Positions 55,060-64,000 of a stretch of DNA of 64,000 bases are shown here, one piece after another (position 1 is the stretch's first letter; each line of letters starts with the position of its first letter). The notes below the pieces were generated by a model that had not been told where the DNA came from, did not search any database, and saw nothing but the letters and a program-made list of their open reading frames with translations. Origin of the DNA: Candidatus Bathyarchaeia archaeon (lineage in GTDB: Archaea > Thermoproteota > Bathyarchaeia > 40CM-2-53-6). The translations under genes were made by a program, and so were the position numbers. The stretch is taken from positions 1,312,001 through 1,376,000 of the forward strand of contig JBEKFP010000001.1 in NCBI GenBank assembly GCA_050013255.1, written 5' to 3'.

Positions 55060-56907
55060 TCATAGCGGTTTAGGGTTCGCTTTTAATCGGTGCAGCTCCG
55101 CGGTCAATAATGGGACGGCAGCAGCGTAGTCGGCTGCAATGCCATAATCGCAATTGTTGAAGATTAGTGCATTTGGATCTTTGTTGATCGCTACAACTAT
55201 TCTCGCCCGGCCGATTCCGACCATGTGGTTAAATGCACCTCTCACGCCGATCGCTAGATACAGCTTCGGCCCCACGGATCTACCTGTTAGCCCAACCTGA
55301 AGCTGCCTGGGCAGCCAGCCCAAGTCCACAACCTTCCTAGTGGTCGCTATCGGCGCATCCAAGACCTCAGCCAATTCATTGATTACTTTCATATTACTGG
55401 GTCCGCCAACGCCAAATCCTACAGATACAACGACGTCCGCATTGTCTAATCTCAACGCGTCCCGATCTGACTCGAACCTTTCCTCGACCACCCGGCCCAT
55501 TGCCTTCAGACCCGTTGGGTGTACTTCAACTACACTACCCCGTCTGGAAGGGTTTGCTTCGGTTGCGGTCAGCATTCCGGGCCGAACCGTTGCCATCTGT
55601 GGAAGCGTACGGCTGATAATGGGTGCTACAATGTTTCCGCCAAATGCCGGCTTCAATTGAACCAGTTGCCCTTGGTCGTTCACCTCTAGTCCTATGCAGT
55701 CGCTTGTCATACCTAGGCCAAGCCGAGCAGCTACCCTCGGCATGAAATCCCGGCCGAGGGAAGTAGCAGCCGCCACAACGGCGAAGGGCTGGTATCGTAG
55801 AATTGTTTCAGCTAGGGCAGCGGCGTAAGCGTCGCTCGAGTAACCCGACAACTGCTCATGCTTGACCAAGTAGACTCTGTCAGCTCCATGGGCGATGAAA
55901 TTCTGGACATGCTCCTTGGGGCTATCTCCTAGTACGACGACGCACAGTTCGCTCTCCAATTTGGACGCGAGTTCGAGTCCCCGCCCAATTAGTTCGTAGG
56001 TTGCGCTCCTCACGCGGCCTTGCACAAGCTCAGCGAAAACCCAAAAGGGCTTGTTCATTCCTACGGCGCGGGAAACGGGAGGCATAACTTTCTTTTCCTC
56101 AACCTCCTTCCATCCCGAGAACAGGCCGCTTGCGGCTAGGTTCTCTGCAAGTTTCTTCACTTTCTCTTCCAGCGTTGAGCCGTCGACGATTTCGCATTTC
56201 CTCTTGGTTTCAATGGAGTAAATCTCGGAAACAGACGTTGGTGAGCCTTTGGATCCGAACAGTGATGCGTCTTGGCTAAGTTCCGACGCCGTAATGGCCG
56301 TGTAGGGTTTTGATTTCGCAGCTTCCCGTTCTTCCTGGGTTGGGGAGTAGGGTTTGATTAATCGTTCAGCGGACGTTAGGAGGAGTGGTAATGGTGCTTC
56401 TATTCGTTGGAACCCGTAGTCCGTTTCGGCTTCGACTGTAGCTTGATCGTGGCTGGCTGAGAGGTCGACTTTGGTTGCACCGCTCACGTGCGGAATCCCA
56501 AGAAGTTCTGCGACCTCAGGGCCGACGTGGCCGGTTTCCGCGTCCACGCTGTACTTTCCGCAGAGGATGATGTCGAAGGGTTTCTCTCTCTTAATCGCCA
56601 TTGAGAGGGCACGTGAAGTAGCTAGGGTGTCCGACCCAGCAAACGCCCTATCTAACAGGTGTAGGGCACGGTCGGCGCCCATCGCCATAGCCTCAGTTAG
56701 GGCTTCTTTAGCTTGGGGTGGCCCCATCGTCATAACAACCACCTCGCCACCGAACTCTCTCTTAGCGTTGGCAGCGAAGGTTATGGCTCGTCTATCAAAC
56801 GGGTTAATCTCGTTGTGAACTCCTTCCCGGATAAGCGTCTTCTTCACGCTGTCAAACTTGAGCTCTGAAACCGCCGGAACTTGCTTGATGCACACAATAA
56901 ACTTCAT
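55060..56907 (-). CDS. Fused electron transfer flavoprotein beta-alpha
   Basis: CIKQVP, GSDTLAT, QVGLTG, GVRGAFNH. Confidence 0.92.
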   Translation of the reverse strand: MKFIVCIKQVPAVSELKFDSVKKTLIREGVHNEINPFDRRAITFAANAKREFGGEVVVMTMGPPQAKEALTEAMAMGADRALHLLDRAFAGSDTLATSRALSMAIKREKPFDIILCGKYSVDAETGHVGPEVAELLGIPHVSGATKVDLSASHDQATVEAETDYGFQRIEAPLPLLLTSAERLIKPYSPTQEEREAAKSKPYTAITASELSQDASLFGSKGSPTSVSEIYSIETKRKCEIVDGSTLEEKVKKLAENLAASGLFSGWKEVEEKKVMPPVSRAVGMNKPFWVFAELVQGRVRSATYELIGRGLELASKLESELCVVVLGDSPKEHVQNFIAHGADRVYLVKHEQLSGYSSDAYAAALAETILRYQPFAVVAAATSLGRDFMPRVAARLGLGMTSDCIGLEVNDQGQLVQLKPAFGGNIVAPIISRTLPQMATVRPGMLTATEANPSRRGSVVEVHPTGLKAMGRVVEERFESDRDALRLDNADVVVSVGFGVGGPSNMKVINELAEVLDAPIATTRKVVDLGWLPRQLQVGLTGRSVGPKLYLAIGVRGAFNHMVGIGRARIVVAINKDPNALIFNNCDYGIAADYAAAVPLLTAELHRLKANPKPL

Positions 56908-57046
56908 TGCAGAACCACTCTAACCCAGTCGCTTGGCGTCACATGGCATTTGGGTGGAAAAGTGGAATCTTCTCCAAATCTAACTATTCTTCCAAACCAT
57001 GATAAATACCTTGGGTTACCAGAGGCTGCTATCGTTGGCTTTCGAG

Positions 57047-57208
57047 ATGGGCGTGTACTTCGTTGGCGGTTCACAGGCTGTCCAGCAGCTACCACGTCGT
57101 TGCCTATACTGCGAGCAACCATTCAGTGATAGGCGCGCACTCAACGAACATTACCTATCAGTCCATACGGAAGCATTTTCGGAAGAGGAATTGAACTCGG
57201 CCCGCTAA
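57047..57208 (+). CDS. Small C2H2 zinc-finger protein
   Basis: CLYC...F.....L..HYLSVH. Confidence 0.6.
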   Translation: MGVYFVGGSQAVQQLPRRCLYCEQPFSDRRALNEHYLSVHTEAFSEEELNSAR

Positions 57209-57240
57209 GACGTGCACGCGCAGGGAGATAGCGGGAACGG

Positions 57241-57657
57241 TCAGGCTATCTTCTTACCAGTATTAGCACTGAACGCTAAGGATTGTACTTCATCGAGTTT
57301 GATGCTTATGATTGCTTTCGGTTTGAAGCCCAGGATCTCCAAACGGTCAGCGGCTTGTTGAAAGAGTGGGCCGAAGGTTTCCATAATCGCTTTTCCCTTC
57401 ATCCTGAACCCGATGATGGCTTGGAGGTCGAAGAAAACCACCGTAACGTCTGGGGTTTTCTTGATGACATCGCTCAGGGTAGTTGAAAACACGTCCGTGA
57501 ACTCTAGGTGTTCATCATCCCTTATGCGGAAGTGTTTTGGTGAGGCGTTTGGCGTCCCATCGCTTCTCAGTGAGGATAGGACTCCGACGCATCCGTTGTA
57601 TTCTTTATCGAATCGGTCTTCTATGAATTTCTTTACAGCGTCTGGTAGCATAACCAT
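57241..57657 (-). CDS. Pyridoxamine-5'-phosphate-oxidase-like FMN-binding protein
   Basis: DGTPNASPK, GFRMKG. Confidence 0.8.
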   Translation of the reverse strand: MVMLPDAVKKFIEDRFDKEYNGCVGVLSSLRSDGTPNASPKHFRIRDDEHLEFTDVFSTTLSDVIKKTPDVTVVFFDLQAIIGFRMKGKAIMETFGPLFQQAADRLEILGFKPKAIISIKLDEVQSLAFSANTGKKIA

Positions 57658-57893
57658 TAACCTTCAAGCCCTTTCGTGATGGAAGCTGAGAATTGAAGAG
57701 CGGTCATGCTATTTCAATATTTAACGTAGCACGAGGCCCTAGGATTGAACCGAACGACATTGACCTTTTCCGGATGTCCCTATACTTCATGTTCAGTGCC
57801 GGTAACTCGCCACCTTCTATAGGAACTACGTGGCGAACGGTTAACTCGAATTTCTTCATATCAAGCTCCTACCGGTGAAAGTGAGGTGAAAGA

Positions 57894-58181
57894 ATGAGAA
57901 AAGCGAGAATGTTCCCGATGATATTCCTTATCATGGTTCTAGTCGCAGTGCTCGCATTACCACAAGGATTTGCAGCGACCAAGGCTATCACCAAGAATTT
58001 TGGGAATAGGCCGACACCGATCGTCCGTCCCGTCCATCAGCAATCACCAACCACACCTCACCAATCAGGCAACGGCTTACTGGTACTAAGTAACAGCCTG
58101 CCCAGCAATTACCAAGATGTGCTAGAATTCACGGACGGCTCTGGCAACGTGGCATTCGCAAGACCACTTCTGAACATGTAG
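57894..58181 (+). CDS. Small secreted hypothetical protein
   Basis: GAGGTGA RBS, signal-peptide-like N-terminus. Confidence 0.5.
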   Translation: MRKARMFPMIFLIMVLVAVLALPQGFAATKAITKNFGNRPTPIVRPVHQQSPTTPHQSGNGLLVLSNSLPSNYQDVLEFTDGSGNVAFARPLLNM

Positions 58182-58446
58182 GCTCTTCGGCCAACAGCCG
58201 CGGAGGTCTCCCTTTATTTTCATCGCTTACGACCGAAAAAATCCTTGGGTTGATGATCTTCGCACCTTTCCGAGCCCCCAGCGCGTCTTCGGGTTAGCGG
58301 TACGCGTCAACGCTGATACCGAACCCGAACTTGAAGGCCCAGGGTGACGGCTTCGAGAAGCTCGCAAGCGTGCAACTCTGAAAACGATTTCACACACTTC
58401 TCCCAGAGTTTAATTACGTCCAGCCGTCAATTCTTCTTCGAGGCCG

Positions 58447-59001
58447 ATGCAATCGCTCTCTTCCCTTGAATCAAAACTCGGAACCGTAGTGGGTGATTTC
58501 CGAAAGAAGTACCCTTCGTTCGATGAGTCTTTCAGCACGTACACAGGGCAGTACGGCGAGGGTGCTGTGAAGGTCTATGAGCCCTTCAAGGTCAGCGACA
58601 CCATCGATCCCGTCGTAATGATTCTCGGTCGAACTACGTCCCTTTTCTACAAAGATTCGCGTCGGCTCCTGTCCGGTAGCGTCAACTCGGTCCTTATTGA
58701 GAGTGGCAATGTCTATGTGATGGGTAGACGCGAACCTCCCGATTCGAAACTAATCGTCTGGTCAGCGAAGGAGGAGACCGAGGTTGAACAGTATGACAGT
58801 CGCATCCGAATAATTCCTTCGCGAATTCACGCCGCGATCTTTGCCTTAGAAGACGGCGCTGTCTTGTTCGCTGATCTGGGCAGCTCCTCGGGGTCGATTT
58901 TGGCTGGTGAAACTTCAAAGCCGGAACCATTCATCACACTGTACGCGGCGCCTAGGGTGGACGTTCATAGAGTCCCGATTGAAACAAAGTACGCGCGCTA
59001 G
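58447..59001 (+). CDS. FHA-domain protein
   Basis: MGR...SRIHA...DLGSSSG. Confidence 0.75.
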   Translation: MQSLSSLESKLGTVVGDFRKKYPSFDESFSTYTGQYGEGAVKVYEPFKVSDTIDPVVMILGRTTSLFYKDSRRLLSGSVNSVLIESGNVYVMGRREPPDSKLIVWSAKEETEVEQYDSRIRIIPSRIHAAIFALEDGAVLFADLGSSSGSILAGETSKPEPFITLYAAPRVDVHRVPIETKYAR

Positions 59002-59221
59002 GGCCCGGGATTAGATCCATGAGGTGACTAACGGGTAGAACTTTGCTATCATCAATCAACCGCCTCATTCTATATGCTACGGCGCAGACGAAGCTAGTTT
59101 GAAAGTCAGCCTCAATCAATTCCGGTAGCCTATCTAGCTGTAGTTCGCCCCCGAACCTTGGTACGGGATTCGCTAATCGAGAGTTAACCCTAAATTTCCG
59201 ATTCCTCTGTGCTCGAATGAA

Positions 59222-59320
59222 GGTACCGGGGGAGCTGGGAAAATCCCGGCTGAGAGGACGGCTCACGTCGCCGTCGACCCCGTGAACCTGATCCGGGTAA
59301 TGCCGGCGTAGGGAGTGTGC
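59222..59320 (+). ncRNA. TPP riboswitch (THI element)
   Basis: GGGGAGC..GCTGAGA..GACCC.GTGAACCTGATCCGGGTAATGCCGGCGTAGGGA consensus directly upstream of thiT. Confidence 0.95.
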
Positions 59321-59421
59321 TAAGTGAACGCTAGTCGTGCAACTTTCCGCAATCCATCTAGAGCGTTCCATATCGCTGTCCTCGGTAACCTTCAACCAAA
59401 ACGTGGAGGTGAAATTGGACA

Positions 59422-59940
59422 GTGAAAATTCAAACAAAGATACTAACAGAAATCATTGCTATGGTCGCTCTGGCGGGAGTCCTTGAGTACGTTTCCGGAT
59501 TTCTCCCGTTGCAGATGCCAGAAGGTGGCAGGGTGACCCTTGCCGCGATGGTCCCAATCTTCTTCGTTGCCGCACGAAGGGGTCCGCGTATTGGAATCTT
59601 GGCGGGGATTGCTTTCGGTTTGGTGGTGCTCGTGGAAGAACCTTTCATCTACCATCCAGTTCAAGTTCTGCTTGATTATCCACTGGCTTTCGGCGCACTC
59701 GGGTTAGCAGGTTTCTTCCGAGACTCACCTTTGCTCGGCGTCGCGGTCGGCATAGGGGGAAGGTTCCTCTGCCATTTCACTTCAGGGCTCGTTTTCTTCG
59801 CAACGTATGCGCCAGCAGGAATGAATCCAGCGCTTTATTCCGCAATATACAACGCGTGGTATCTTATTCCAGAACTCATCGTTAGCTCTGTGTTCATGTT
59901 CATACTGCAAAAAAGGCATGTACTAGAAATCTACCTCTGA
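59422..59940 (+). CDS. thiT: ECF-type thiamine transporter S component
   Basis: MPEGGRVT, HPVQVLLDYPLAF, HFTSG.VFFATYAP; TPP riboswitch upstream. Confidence 0.92.
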   Translation: MKIQTKILTEIIAMVALAGVLEYVSGFLPLQMPEGGRVTLAAMVPIFFVAARRGPRIGILAGIAFGLVVLVEEPFIYHPVQVLLDYPLAFGALGLAGFFRDSPLLGVAVGIGGRFLCHFTSGLVFFATYAPAGMNPALYSAIYNAWYLIPELIVSSVFMFILQKRHVLEIYL

Positions 59941-59998
59941 TCCGCCACGTAGAAACGCGAAATAAAGCGATCCTCCCTTTCTTACCGTTGTTCAACCT

Positions 59999-61078
59999 TT
60001 GAAGAGAATGGTCAGGCGAAACAGATTGACTGGCTACCTTGGAAAAGTCAACCGAAACTACTTGGACAGAGTTATCTATCCTAGGCTCGGTGCCGCACGC
60101 CGAGAAATAATCGTTGGCCCAAAATTCGGCGTTGACAATGCAGTCGTCAGAGTTGGGGGCGGGAGAGTACTGGTGGCAACAACCGACCCGCTATCCTTCA
60201 TCCCGAGCCTGCGCCCATCTGAATCGGCATGGCTCTCAGTCAACCTGCTAGCATCCGATCTGACCACCTGCAGTTGCGCCCCCCAGTACGGAATCTTCGA
60301 CTTCAATCTGCCACCACAGATGGGTAATCACCAATTTGCCGAGTACTGGAAAGCTTTCCATGCTGAATGCAAGGAGCTTGGGCTGGCAATCGTGGGGGGC
60401 CACACGGGAAAGTACCAAGGTTGCGGCTACTCGATAATCGGGGGCGGCGTGATGTATACGGTCTGCCGTGAGGACCGGTACTTGACATCTGAGATGGCCG
60501 GCAGTGGAGATGACGTTATTCTCACGAAAGGCGCAGCTGTCGAAACGACCGCAATTCTTACACGAGCATTCCCACGAAAAATCAAAAGAGTGCTAGGGAG
60601 CAGGCTGTTCGAGAAGGCTCGGCGTTACTTGTTCAAAGTGTCGACTGTAAGAGACGCTCTCACAGCGGCTTCTGTTGGAATTCACCAGAATGGCGTAACA
60701 GCCATGCATGACGCAACAGAGGGCGGCGTCATTGCCGCTGTCTTGGAACTTTCAAACGCATCGGGCCTCGGAGTGGAAATCGACCTCGACATGATTCCGA
60801 TATCCGAAGAGACCCGGGAGATTTGCAAGTTCTTTCGAATCAACCCTTTGACATCCCTTAGCGAAGGGACTCTCATAATCGCGTCCCGTCCCAATAAAAC
60901 TGGAAGAGTCTTGAGGCAACTGAAATCCAAGGGAATCTCGTCGCACGTGATCGGCCGGTTGACAAAGACCCGATCAGCGCGAGCAACAACACAGGGAGGG
61001 CGGGTTCGCCTTACGTATCCTAGTTTTGACCCGTACTGGAGGGCTTACCGGAAGGGAACAACGAAACGCTGGCAATGA
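59999..61078 (+). CDS. AIR synthase/HypE/ThiL-like family protein
   Basis: GVDNA, TDP, GGHT, HDATEGG. Confidence 0.85.
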   Translation: MKRMVRRNRLTGYLGKVNRNYLDRVIYPRLGAARREIIVGPKFGVDNAVVRVGGGRVLVATTDPLSFIPSLRPSESAWLSVNLLASDLTTCSCAPQYGIFDFNLPPQMGNHQFAEYWKAFHAECKELGLAIVGGHTGKYQGCGYSIIGGGVMYTVCREDRYLTSEMAGSGDDVILTKGAAVETTAILTRAFPRKIKRVLGSRLFEKARRYLFKVSTVRDALTAASVGIHQNGVTAMHDATEGGVIAAVLELSNASGLGVEIDLDMIPISEETREICKFFRINPLTSLSEGTLIIASRPNKTGRVLRQLKSKGISSHVIGRLTKTRSARATTQGGRVRLTYPSFDPYWRAYRKGTTKRWQ

Positions 61079-61086
61079 ACTTCGGG

Positions 61087-61380
61087 TCAGGTTGCGGACC
61101 TAAACTTGAGGTAGCCGACCTTCTCGATGCAGTTCCTACACCAGAACTGGTTACGCTCCAGGGAATACTCAGCGTAAGCGTCCACAACAACCGTTCCGCA
61201 GTTCCAGCATCGGAGAAGGAGCATCCGCTTAATCTTATGGAACTTCATTTCCATCTGGTGTTCCAGCCAGATAGGGTCGCCATACTCGCAGACGGCGTTG
61301 CAAACCTCGCAGAAGAAGAAATTGCCAACCACGGCTAACTCCCGTGAATCAAAGCTCGTACGCTCCGTAGTCTGGCTCAT
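61087..61380 (-). CDS. Small Cys-rich zinc-binding protein
   Basis: Three CxxC pairs. Confidence 0.6.
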   Translation of the reverse strand: MSQTTERTSFDSRELAVVGNFFFCEVCNAVCEYGDPIWLEHQMEMKFHKIKRMLLLRCWNCGTVVVDAYAEYSLERNQFWCRNCIEKVGYLKFRSAT

Positions 61381-61457
61381 GGCCTTTCAGATCCCGTCAG
61401 TTTTCCCACCAGAACCAATTGGACCGTACATATGCCTTTGGTTTAACCTGCCAAGAA

Positions 61458-62360
61458 TTAGAACGAAGTCGGTTTCCAAAAATCGAGAAGGTATTCGAAC
61501 GTTGTGCCCATGGTTATGTAGTTGGACGGCCAGCCGAAGATTCCTACTCTGTTGACTATGTTGGTTCTGTCCCAGATGATTGTGTTCCGAAGCTCGTAAC
61601 CGGCTTCAACCAGGGCGTGGTACACATGCACATGAAGCGGGACTCTCATTCCGTGATTATCATTCTTCCACCACATATCTGGCACGTTGATGACCGCATG
61701 ACCCTTAGGTTTCAGGATTGGAAGAAGGCCTCTGAAAATGACTCCCATTTGTTCCGTGTATTTTTCGAAGGCTAGTGTTCCGAGGTCCCTGTCGTCTTGG
61801 CTGTATTGTTCTACCTTGAGGTACTGTTTGTTCCGCCTAAGTTCGCCTCTTCTGCTCTTGTTCGACCTCGGCCTGTTGAGGAGGTTCGCGTAGGGAGGGG
61901 AGGTGAAAATCAAACTGACTGTGCCTTCTTCAAGATATGCGGGTGTTCTTCGCGCATCGTCGCAGAGTACGATCTGCTGTGTTTCACGTTTCCGACCGGC
62001 TATCTCCAGCCTCTGCCTCGCAGCATCGCAATATTGGGGGTTGATGTCAAAGCCCACCGCATTCCTCTCAATGTCCTGGCAAGCGAGTAGTGTCGTGCCG
62101 ATTCCATTGAAAGGGTCTAGCACAACCTCGCCCTTGTGCGTGAATAGCTCCACCACCCTCTTGGCTAGGGCGATGGGCATCACTGCCGGATGTACTTCTT
62201 TGTCTCTGATGTCACGTTTCTCATAGAAGCATTTCCATACCCCGATCTGTGCTTTGATCCATTCCTTAGCCGACATACAGTTGAGGTGGTTCTCGGGGCA
62301 GTTGCATAGTCTAGCTGACGAGATTGAGAGTTTGGCCGGCGTCTCTAGCATAGTGTTCAA
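61458..62360 (-). CDS. Orphan N4-C/N6-A DNA methyltransferase
   Basis: HPAVMP, DPFNGIG, TSPPY. Confidence 0.88.
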   Translation of the reverse strand: MNTMLETPAKLSISSARLCNCPENHLNCMSAKEWIKAQIGVWKCFYEKRDIRDKEVHPAVMPIALAKRVVELFTHKGEVVLDPFNGIGTTLLACQDIERNAVGFDINPQYCDAARQRLEIAGRKRETQQIVLCDDARRTPAYLEEGTVSLIFTSPPYANLLNRPRSNKSRRGELRRNKQYLKVEQYSQDDRDLGTLAFEKYTEQMGVIFRGLLPILKPKGHAVINVPDMWWKNDNHGMRVPLHVHVYHALVEAGYELRNTIIWDRTNIVNRVGIFGWPSNYITMGTTFEYLLDFWKPTSF

Positions 62361-62405
62361 CCTAGGATGGTCGGCTGAAGTAAAAAGCGCTCCTGAAGCT
62401 CGCCC

Positions 62406-62834
62406 CTAGATGCCACGCGCACTCCAAGCGACTACGCTAATCGGTTTGATTTTGATTAACGGCCTGTCTTCAAGTTTCATCTGACGATACTGTTTGTATT
62501 TTTCCCGTAGGAGCATAACTGCTCGCTCATGAGCTTCTCCTTTGTGAACAATTTCTGCGGAGCCACGCACTATTACGTACTTCAGCTCGCTCCAATCTTC
62601 TTCGTAATGATCCACGACCAAGCACACGTTGGCGTTCTCAGCAATATTCAGGACCCGCCGTAACTGAGTTGGCTTTCTTCGCTTGGGCTTCTCGTCGATT
62701 GGGGTGTAGAGCGAGGCTCCATCGAGCACGTAACATATAGGAACAACGTGTGGTTTACCACGCTTCGTTGAAGTAGCCAAATGTCCTAAGCGGGATTCGA
62801 TAAGAAGTTCGCGTGCCCAGCCTTCTACTCTCAT
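62406..62834 (-). CDS. PPOX-class (F420/FMN) oxidoreductase
   Basis: LAT...PHVVP, DEKPK, VDHYEEDW. Confidence 0.85.
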   Translation of the reverse strand: MRVEGWARELLIESRLGHLATSTKRGKPHVVPICYVLDGASLYTPIDEKPKRRKPTQLRRVLNIAENANVCLVVDHYEEDWSELKYVIVRGSAEIVHKGEAHERAVMLLREKYKQYRQMKLEDRPLIKIKPISVVAWSARGI

Positions 62835-62853
62835 GCCCGACTCCTTCTCATAG

Positions 62854-63300
62854 ATGGAAAGCTCTTATTCTTCATACGGAGATGTTGGAGGAGAATCAAC
62901 TTTGCCCATCTTCTTCACTCCTAAGCAGGCTAATGAGTTCTTACCTCAAGTGAAGGAGACGGTTGAACGATCCATCGCGATCAAGAAGGAAGCTGATGCG
63001 TTAAAGGATGAGGCGGAGATGGCGGACGCCATGGAACGGCTTGGCGGGGAAATTCAGAAGCTTGAGGAACTCGGCTGCGTCCTAAAGGACCTGAACATCG
63101 GGCTACTTGATTTCCCAGCAGTAAGGCTTGGCACACGCGTTTGGCTCTGCTGGAAATTAGGCGAGGAGAATGTTGCCTTCTGGCATGACCTGCATGAGGG
63201 CTACGCCGGAAGGAAAATGGTTAATGAGAAAGAGTTCTACGAGGACGACCTTGCGATAAAATCGCTAACGGGCGAGGTCATCTCGAAACCGAACACTTAG
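62854..63300 (+). CDS. DUF2203 family protein
   Basis: FTPKQANEFLP, GLLDFP, LCWKLGE, WH...GYAGRK. Confidence 0.85.
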   Translation: MESSYSSYGDVGGESTLPIFFTPKQANEFLPQVKETVERSIAIKKEADALKDEAEMADAMERLGGEIQKLEELGCVLKDLNIGLLDFPAVRLGTRVWLCWKLGEENVAFWHDLHEGYAGRKMVNEKEFYEDDLAIKSLTGEVISKPNT

Positions 63301-63879
63301 CACCTGGAGTTCCTCAAAGAATAGTGAACGTTTCGCCGTTACCTCATATTGAAACTCAGGGATTCCCGCAGAGAATAGGGAAGCTGAATCATTCAAACTG
63401 CTGACCAATAACAAAGCGGTTCCATCCCTTTCAAGGTGGCCTGCCAGGCTTCTCAAGAATCGCTTTGACAAGGCCGTGCCATCGGGCCCACCATCAACGG
63501 TCCTATCCTCAACTGTTGAACTGGGCAGGTACGGGGGGTTGAAAATGATTACATTGAACTGCTCTCGAACATTCGAGAACATGTCTGACAATATTGATCG
63601 AATGCTCAGCCCCAGCGCTCCAGCAGCCATCTGTGCAGTTTGTAAGCATAACTCGTTAACATCCGTAGCCGTGACATGTGCTCCACGAGCTGCGCAAAAT
63701 AGGCTTAGGATACCTGAACCAGTCCCGACATCGAGAACTTTCTTTCCTTCGATCGGTATCTTTGCGAGGGCGTCTAGCATTAGGAAAGTGTCGTCGCTCG
63801 GGGAATAGACGTTCTTCGGCACATCTCCTATGGCACGAAGGATTTTTCTGAGAATTTCTTCGTTCTCGGCTTTTTGCAC
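63265..63879 (-). CDS. HemK2/N6AMT1-like protein methyltransferase
   Basis: VYSPSDDTFL, DVGTGSG, FNPPY. Confidence 0.88.
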   Translation of the reverse strand: MQKAENEEILRKILRAIGDVPKNVYSPSDDTFLMLDALAKIPIEGKKVLDVGTGSGILSLFCAARGAHVTATDVNELCLQTAQMAAGALGLSIRSILSDMFSNVREQFNVIIFNPPYLPSSTVEDRTVDGGPDGTALSKRFLRSLAGHLERDGTALLLVSSLNDSASLFSAGIPEFQYEVTAKRSLFFEELQVLSVRFRDDLAR

Positions 63880-64000
63880 GAGTCTGTTCTCTGCGCCTTT
63901 GGGCTTATGGTTCAGCCATGAACTTGATGAATTCTTCCCGTGTGCGTGTTTTCAATGTGTAATTGTTTTTGCGCTCGAACCCAATAGTTGAGGATGTTGT

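Overview
Archaeal window. The gene content (form III RuBisCO, CydAA', Tfx, expanded KaiC/RAD55 family, many TTG/GTG starts) suggests a TACK/Bathyarchaeia-like host, which is an inference. The flanks carry ordinary metabolism: the AMP-phosphorylase/R15P-isomerase/RuBisCO cluster and cytochrome bd on the left; citrate synthase, GuaB, ETF and a TPP riboswitch with thiT on the right. The central ~35 kb (about 11.3-46.6 kb) is organised by a family of about 20 junction sites with the pattern (TG)n - 14-bp core (CGCACCA-N5-MC) - (CA)n. The largest unit (18273-34555, 16.3 kb) has ~130-bp imperfect terminal inverted repeats and a perfect 14-bp target-site duplication. It encodes a stand-alone Cas1 (casposase-like) but no PolB, and instead carries a minimal AEP-primase-like gene, an AAA+/MCM-like gene and defence-type cargo. 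The same kind of ends and cores delimit several smaller non-autonomous gene cassettes, many of them carrying KaiC-like genes, arranged in two outward-pointing tandem arrays. The target sites copy the spacing of a tRNA 3' end (GGTTCAAAT-N10-GCACCA), and new target sites are built into cassette ends. Working hypothesis: a Cas1-driven, integron-like or CRISPR-like array that acquires whole genes rather than spacers. All alignments and counts were done by eye; no database searches were run.
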